Both the position numbers and the translations under genes were made by a program. DNA of 64,000 nt from Sediminibacterium sp. (lineage in GTDB: Bacteria; Bacteroidota; Bacteroidia; Chitinophagales; Chitinophagaceae), in the NCBI GenBank assembly GCA_007280515.1, contig QYPL01000012.1:5614-69613 (forward strand), written 5' to 3'. The notes beneath the pieces were generated by a model, which saw only the letters and a program-made list of their open reading frames with translations, had not been told where the DNA came from and made no database searches. Numbering within the stretch: the first letter of the stretch is position 1; each line of letters begins with the position of its first letter. Positions 58,686-64,000 of this stretch are shown piece after piece.

Positions 58686-59540
58686 TTTGTAGTTAGCAGC
58701 GAAGCTTTGAGTTAAAGTAAATCCAGACTCATCAATACCATATGTAATACCGTCAATTCTTGTAGTAAAGACGTTGTACATAATAATAGCGACAGCTGAA
58801 GTACCAATACCTAACGCAGTATTATACAAGGCCTCAGAGATACCTTGAGATAATTCACGTGCAGCTTCTCCACCACCTTCTTCTCCTAATTTAGAGAAAG
58901 AACGAATCATACCCAATACCGTACCGAACAAACCTAATAAGGTTGCTACTGATGCGATAGTTGATAAGAATACTAAATTCTTTTCTAACATAGGTAATTC
59001 TAAAGCGGTTGCTTCTTCGATTTCCTTTTGAATGTTTAATACTTTTTGATCAGTATCTAATTCTGTATTAGATATCATCTCTTTGTACTTAGTCAAGCCA
59101 GACTTCATTACATTACCTACAGAACCTTTTTGCTTATCGCATTCTGCAATGGCTTTATCTACTTCTTTGTTGGCTAATTGGAATTGTACTTTACGGATGA
59201 ACTCAGTAATGTTACCATTTCCTGCTGCTTTTCTAATAGTTAATAATCTTTCAATTACGAAAGTTAAAACGATTAATAAGCTACCAATCAAAATTGGCAC
59301 AACGATACCACCTTCATACATTTTTGTAAATGTACCTTTTGGTCCTTTGTGTGTAGGCCAGAATCCACCATTAGGGTCTGGATTTGTAAAGTTACTTGCG
59401 TTACCTAACACAAAGCGCCAGATAACATAACCTAGTACGATACACGCGATTGGTGCTAAAGTTGCAATCAAGTTACCGCCTTCTTGCGGCTGTGCTGTTT
59501 TCTTAGAAGCAGCTGTTGCAGTTGATTTAATCTCAGCCAT
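58683..59540 (-). CDS. exbB: MotA/TolQ/ExbB proton channel protein
   Basis: LLGLFGTVLGMI, GISEAL.NTA.G. Confidence 0.93.
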   Translation of the reverse strand: MAEIKSTATAASKKTAQPQEGGNLIATLAPIACIVLGYVIWRFVLGNASNFTNPDPNGGFWPTHKGPKGTFTKMYEGGIVVPILIGSLLIVLTFVIERLLTIRKAAGNGNITEFIRKVQFQLANKEVDKAIAECDKQKGSVGNVMKSGLTKYKEMISNTELDTDQKVLNIQKEIEEATALELPMLEKNLVFLSTIASVATLLGLFGTVLGMIRSFSKLGEEGGGEAARELSQGISEALYNTALGIGTSAVAIIMYNVFTTRIDGITYGIDESGFTLTQSFAANYK

Positions 59541-59777
59541 GATTCAATTGATTTTTGGTTTTAAATAAAAATTTATTAAAGAAATTATTCCTTGTAGCTA
59601 TGTGTAAGATTCATTTAAATCTTTGCTCGATAGTTTCTAAGGGCTTACAAAATAAGTAATTTATTGGTTGAAACAAACTTAGTGTGTTAAATTTTAAAAA
59701 AATTATTTAAACTAACTTCCGTTGGCAAAAAAAATCTATATTCACTACCGCATTTATAATACTAATTAAAATATAAT

Positions 59778-62279
59778 ATGAAAAAAAGCCTCCTTTTTGC
59801 AGTACTATTGTCCACAGGATTCTTACCCCTAATGGCACAAAAATCGGACACAACAAGCCTTAGCGCTGGTCCTAAAAAAGAAACACCGTCTAAACCAGGC
59901 CCAAAAGCCTTTTCAGAGATCATTACCAAGAAGGCCATTAGCCAAAAAGGGGTGTTTACTGTTCATTTTCAAGATGATAAGTACTTTTTCGAGATCCCGG
60001 ACAACCTTTTAGGACGAGAGTTAATAGCTGTTACCCGTTTTACAAAAGTGGCTGCAGGTGCCGCTAAATATGGGGGTGAGGTTGCCAATGAGCAAACCCT
60101 TCAGTTTGAAAAGGGCCCTGGCCAAAGAATTTTCATGCGTGTGGTAACCTTAATTAATACTGCCGATTCTACCCAAACCATTGCCAAGGCAGTTAAAAAT
60201 TCTAATCTAGACCCCATTGTAGCTGCCTTTGATATTAAAGCCTTTGGTAAGGACTCTACTAGCTCAGTGATAGAGGTGACCGATTTTTTTAAAGGCGATA
60301 ACCAGGCCGTTAGTTTGAGTAGCTCGGCAAAAAGAACCTTTAGCCTATCTGGGCTTGCTTCTGACAGATCCTATATTGAAAGCATTAAAACCTACCCAAC
60401 TAATATTGAAGTAAAAACAGTCAAAACTTACTCTGCAAGTGCTGGAGGGGCTGGACCAACAGCTTTACCTGGTGGGCCTGGTATACCTGCTGCACAAAAC
60501 GCAGGGGCCGTCACCTTAGAATTAAACACTTCTATCTTGTTACTTCCAAAAGTTCCTATGAATAGACGCTTGTTTGATTCAAGAGTAGGTTTTTTCGCAG
60601 ATAATTTTACTGTTTACTCAGATGATCAACAAAAAGTGGATGAACAGACTTTTGCAGTAAGGTATAAATTAGAGCCTAAGCCAGAAGATATGGAGAAGTA
60701 TAAGCAAGGCATTTTAGTAGAACCTGTAAAACCTATTGTTTATTACATTGATCCAGCTACGCCTAAAAAATGGGTGTCTTATTTAATAGCAGGGGTGAAC
60801 GATTGGAATGTTGCATTTGAAAAAGCAGGTTGGAAAAATGCGATTAGTGGAAAAGAGTGGCCAAATGATAGTACTATGAGTTTGGAAGATGCTCGCTTTT
60901 CTGTAATACGCTACTTTGCTTCTGACATTGAAAATGCCTACGGGCCTCAAGTGCATGATCCAAGAAGTGGTGAAATTTTAGAAAGCCATATTGGCTGGTA
61001 CCACAACGTTATGAATTTGGTTCATGATTGGTTCATGATTCAGACAGCCGCTGTTGATAGTAACGCAAGAAAAATGAAATTTGATGATGATTTAATGGGA
61101 AACTTAATCCGATTTGTATCCTCACATGAAGTAGGACACACTTTAGGACTTAGACATAATATGGGTAGCAGTAGTAAAACACCAGTGGAGAAATTGAGAG
61201 ATAAAAAATGGGTGGAGGCGAATGGACATACTGCCTCTATTATGGACTATGCTCGCTTCAACTATGTTGCACAACCAGAAGACAATATTAATGAAATGGG
61301 ATTATTTCCTCATATTGGAGATTACGATAAATGGGCCATCCAATGGGGTTATACCTACACAGGATTGAGTGATGTAGAAGCGGATAAAAAATTAAATAAT
61401 AAATGGATAGTGGAGAACTTAAAAAAGAATCCACGTGTATGGTTTGGTGGTGAAGGACGTAATGATGACCCTCGTGCACAAACAGAAGACCTTAGCGATA
61501 ATGCAGTGGTGGCAAGTGAATACGGTATTAAGAATTTAAAAAGAATTTTAGCTAACCTACCCGCTTGGACAAAAGAAGAAGCAGATAGATACCAAAATTT
61601 AAGTGAAATTTATATGCAGTTGATGGGACAATTTAATAGATATATGGGCCATGTGACTAAAAATATAGGTGGTGTATATGAAACATTTAAAAGTGTAGAA
61701 GAACAAGGAGATGTATATACACCTACTCCTGTAGCGATGCAAAAAGCAGCGATGGCTTTTTTACAAACTCAATTGTTTACCACCCCTAAATGGATCTTAG
61801 ATTATTCTATTTTAAACAAAATAAACAACCCAGCTGCGAATGAGCGTATTCAAAGTATTCAAACCAATACTTTAAAAAGCTTATTAGATAAAGGGCGTCT
61901 TCTTAGATTGAACAATTCTTATACTCGTTTCAATAATGCTTCTTATGCATTACATGATATGATGGAAGATACTAGAAAAGGATTGTTTAGTGAATTGACT
62001 ACTCAAAAGGCAACAGATGTATTTAGAAGAAATTTACAAAAGACCTATGTAGGCCAATTAGAAGATTTAATTAACCCTCCTGCTATGAGCATTAGCGCCC
62101 CAAGCCCTTTCAGAGCGGCTCCTGTGGATGTTGAAAATACAGATGTAGTATCTGAAGCAAAAGCGCAATTGAAAAAATTAGCAGCTGGTTTGAAAACTAG
62201 TACCAGTGCTGATGCAGCTACACAAAATCATTATATTGATTTACAAGACAGAATTAAAAAAGCATTAGATCCTAAATAA
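59778..62279 (+). CDS. Secreted zinc-dependent metalloprotease (DUF5118/DUF5117/DUF4953-type)
   Basis: Signal peptide, DPRSGEI, HEVGHTLGLRHN, SIMDY Met-turn. Confidence 0.9.
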   Translation: MKKSLLFAVLLSTGFLPLMAQKSDTTSLSAGPKKETPSKPGPKAFSEIITKKAISQKGVFTVHFQDDKYFFEIPDNLLGRELIAVTRFTKVAAGAAKYGGEVANEQTLQFEKGPGQRIFMRVVTLINTADSTQTIAKAVKNSNLDPIVAAFDIKAFGKDSTSSVIEVTDFFKGDNQAVSLSSSAKRTFSLSGLASDRSYIESIKTYPTNIEVKTVKTYSASAGGAGPTALPGGPGIPAAQNAGAVTLELNTSILLLPKVPMNRRLFDSRVGFFADNFTVYSDDQQKVDEQTFAVRYKLEPKPEDMEKYKQGILVEPVKPIVYYIDPATPKKWVSYLIAGVNDWNVAFEKAGWKNAISGKEWPNDSTMSLEDARFSVIRYFASDIENAYGPQVHDPRSGEILESHIGWYHNVMNLVHDWFMIQTAAVDSNARKMKFDDDLMGNLIRFVSSHEVGHTLGLRHNMGSSSKTPVEKLRDKKWVEANGHTASIMDYARFNYVAQPEDNINEMGLFPHIGDYDKWAIQWGYTYTGLSDVEADKKLNNKWIVENLKKNPRVWFGGEGRNDDPRAQTEDLSDNAVVASEYGIKNLKRILANLPAWTKEEADRYQNLSEIYMQLMGQFNRYMGHVTKNIGGVYETFKSVEEQGDVYTPTPVAMQKAAMAFLQTQLFTTPKWILDYSILNKINNPAANERIQSIQTNTLKSLLDKGRLLRLNNSYTRFNNASYALHDMMEDTRKGLFSELTTQKATDVFRRNLQKTYVGQLEDLINPPAMSISAPSPFRAAPVDVENTDVVSEAKAQLKKLAAGLKTSTSADAATQNHYIDLQDRIKKALDPK

Positions 62280-62324
62280 ATAATGTAAAAAAACAAATTA
62301 AATAATTCATTAAGTTGTTTCTAC

Positions 62325-62356
62325 AAAAAACCCTCCGATGTATCGGAGGGTTTTTT
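62325..62356. terminator. Bidirectional intrinsic terminator
   Basis: A6-CCCTCCGAT/ATCGGAGGG-T6. Confidence 0.88.
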
Positions 62357-62384
62357 ATGCTTGTCGAAATATTTTATTAAAAAA

Positions 62385-63665
62385 CTACTCATACCTAAGT
62401 GCATCAATGGGGTTTAAGGCAGCCGCTTTCATAGCAGGATAAATACCAGCAACTAGTCCCACCACTGTACAAATAACAATACCTATTATTACCCAGAGCC
62501 AAGGCACCACAAATCCGGTACCTAAGACAAGGCTAAATATATTGCCCACGAGAACGCCTAAGATAATTCCAAATATGGCGCCTAAAATACTAATCAAAAT
62601 ACTTTCAAATAAGAATTGACGACGCACATCTTTTCTTTTACCCCCAATGGCTTTTATCAGTCCTACTTCTCTGGTTCTTTCACTCACCGCCACTAACATA
62701 ATATTCATAAGGCCAATCGCTGCCCCAATTAAAGTAATCATACCAATAGCGCCAGCTGCTCCACTAATACCTGCTAAAAAGCCAATAAACAGAGATGCAA
62801 ATTTATCGCTCTTGTCAATGACAAAATTATCCGACTCTGAAGGAATTAATCTTCTTGCTTTTCTCATTTGATCGGTAGTTTCTCCAATAGCCGGCTCTAA
62901 TTCAGCCACATTATTCACCATAACACCAATTGAATAGGTAGAACTTCCTTGGTACTGTCTTACATTTTTTAATGTAGAAATAACTATATCGTCTTGACGC
63001 ATCATGGCACTAGACCCCTTTGATTTTAAAAGACCCAAAATACGATAAGGTTTGCCTTGTAATAAAATAATCTTATCTATAGATTTTTCTGGTCTGCCTG
63101 GAAATAATTTAGCAGCTACATTAGAGCCAACAATACAAACATTACGACCACTGGTGATATCTACATTATTAAAATTTCTTCCCTGCGTTAGTGAATAGCC
63201 ATTCACTGCAAGATAATTTTCATCGCCCCCCATTAAAGAAATTTGTGGATTGGTTTTTCTATTCTTATAATGTAATTCATTGTTTCCTCCCTTTCTTATA
63301 GAAATACTTACCGCAGCTCTATTGAATCCAAAATGTTCTTTGAAGTAAGTGGCTTCTTCAATTTTAATAATCTTGTCTAAATTCGATTTTTTTTCTTTTA
63401 AGCCTCTTTTAGTTTTTGAAAAATCATCCCCTTCATTATTAGGCCCACCCATTCTCGCATTCATTTCTTTATACCTTACCACAAAGGCATTGGCCCCCAT
63501 AAAAGAAAAGTTCTCTTTCAAACTTTGGTTCATCGCAGATATTGCTGTGATAATTCCAATAAGTGCCATAATACCAAAGGCAATAATGGCCACCGTAATA
63601 CCAGTTCTTAGTTTATTACTTTTTACAGTACGCCATGCGAGTACAAAAGAATCCTGAATTGTCAT
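62385..63665 (-). CDS. MacB/FtsX-like ABC transporter permease
   Basis: GRNF, NIMLVAVSERTREVG, PA.KAA.LNPIDALRYE. Confidence 0.9.
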   Translation of the reverse strand: MTIQDSFVLAWRTVKSNKLRTGITVAIIAFGIMALIGIITAISAMNQSLKENFSFMGANAFVVRYKEMNARMGGPNNEGDDFSKTKRGLKEKKSNLDKIIKIEEATYFKEHFGFNRAAVSISIRKGGNNELHYKNRKTNPQISLMGGDENYLAVNGYSLTQGRNFNNVDITSGRNVCIVGSNVAAKLFPGRPEKSIDKIILLQGKPYRILGLLKSKGSSAMMRQDDIVISTLKNVRQYQGSSTYSIGVMVNNVAELEPAIGETTDQMRKARRLIPSESDNFVIDKSDKFASLFIGFLAGISGAAGAIGMITLIGAAIGLMNIMLVAVSERTREVGLIKAIGGKRKDVRRQFLFESILISILGAIFGIILGVLVGNIFSLVLGTGFVVPWLWVIIGIVICTVVGLVAGIYPAMKAAALNPIDALRYE

Positions 63666-63743
63666 TCTACTATGTTTATGAAAATTAAAGGTAGCACAGA
63701 TTCGACAATATGGCCTTATTAGGCGCTATAAAATGAAGAACGG

Positions 63744-64000
63744 CTAAAAGTATAGATAATTGAATACTATTGAGGGAAATACACCTAGGATGAGTAGCAA
63801 AATGGCTATTAGTAAAAGCGCATAAGTATATTTCTTAGGCACTTCATTGATAGTAGGTTCGCCGCTGACAAAATACATAGCTTGCACTAATTTGAAATAA
63901 TAGAATACGCTTACAGCTGCAAATAAAATAGCTATAATAATTAACCAAATGCCCGCCCCAGCTGCATATAAAGCATTGAGCATATAATATTTAGCAAAGA
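63744..64000 (-). CDS. nuoN: NADH-quinone oxidoreductase subunit N, 3' part (runs off the window)
   Basis: FAKY...SVFYYFKLV..MY...LG.FP C-terminal signature. Confidence 0.8.
   Translation of the reverse strand, partial: FAKYYMLNALYAAGAGIWLIIIAILFAAVSVFYYFKLVQAMYFVSGEPTINEVPKKYTYALLLIAILLLILGVFPSIVFNYLYF

Overview
AT-rich, gene-dense core-genome segment of a Bacteroidota bacterium, probably Chitinophagaceae (inferred from GldF/G, acpP-fabF-rnc, TAnnTTTG promoters and the absence of Shine-Dalgarno motifs). It holds about 50 intact CDS, mostly housekeeping: glyA, uvrA, purQ, metG, nrdJ, dxs, frr, ileS, lspA, iscSUA, mnmE, tonB-exbDD-exbB and a partial nuoN. There is one HicAB toxin-antitoxin module. 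I found no tRNA, rRNA, transposase, integrase, reverse transcriptase or CRISPR-cas. The most unusual signal is non-coding. A family of 86-89-nt units built as [AT-rich hairpin]-CTCT(T/A)ATGATTTT-[GC-rich terminator hairpin + U-tract] forms tandem arrays behind the ECF sigma gene and nrdJ, with solo, variant and antisense copies at other gene ends. The hairpin sequences differ between loci while the fold and the unpaired motif are kept. Other notable items are a 24-bp perfect inverted-repeat element with a GC-rich loop after metG, and a DsbD whose alpha domain lacks its cysteines next to a stand-alone Cys-containing alpha domain. Also present are a GIHH-motif IleRS2, a histone-H1-like DksA, a GldF-GldG fusion, many apparently leaderless genes and micro-duplications anchored on stop codons. 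All product calls come from motif recognition, not database searches.
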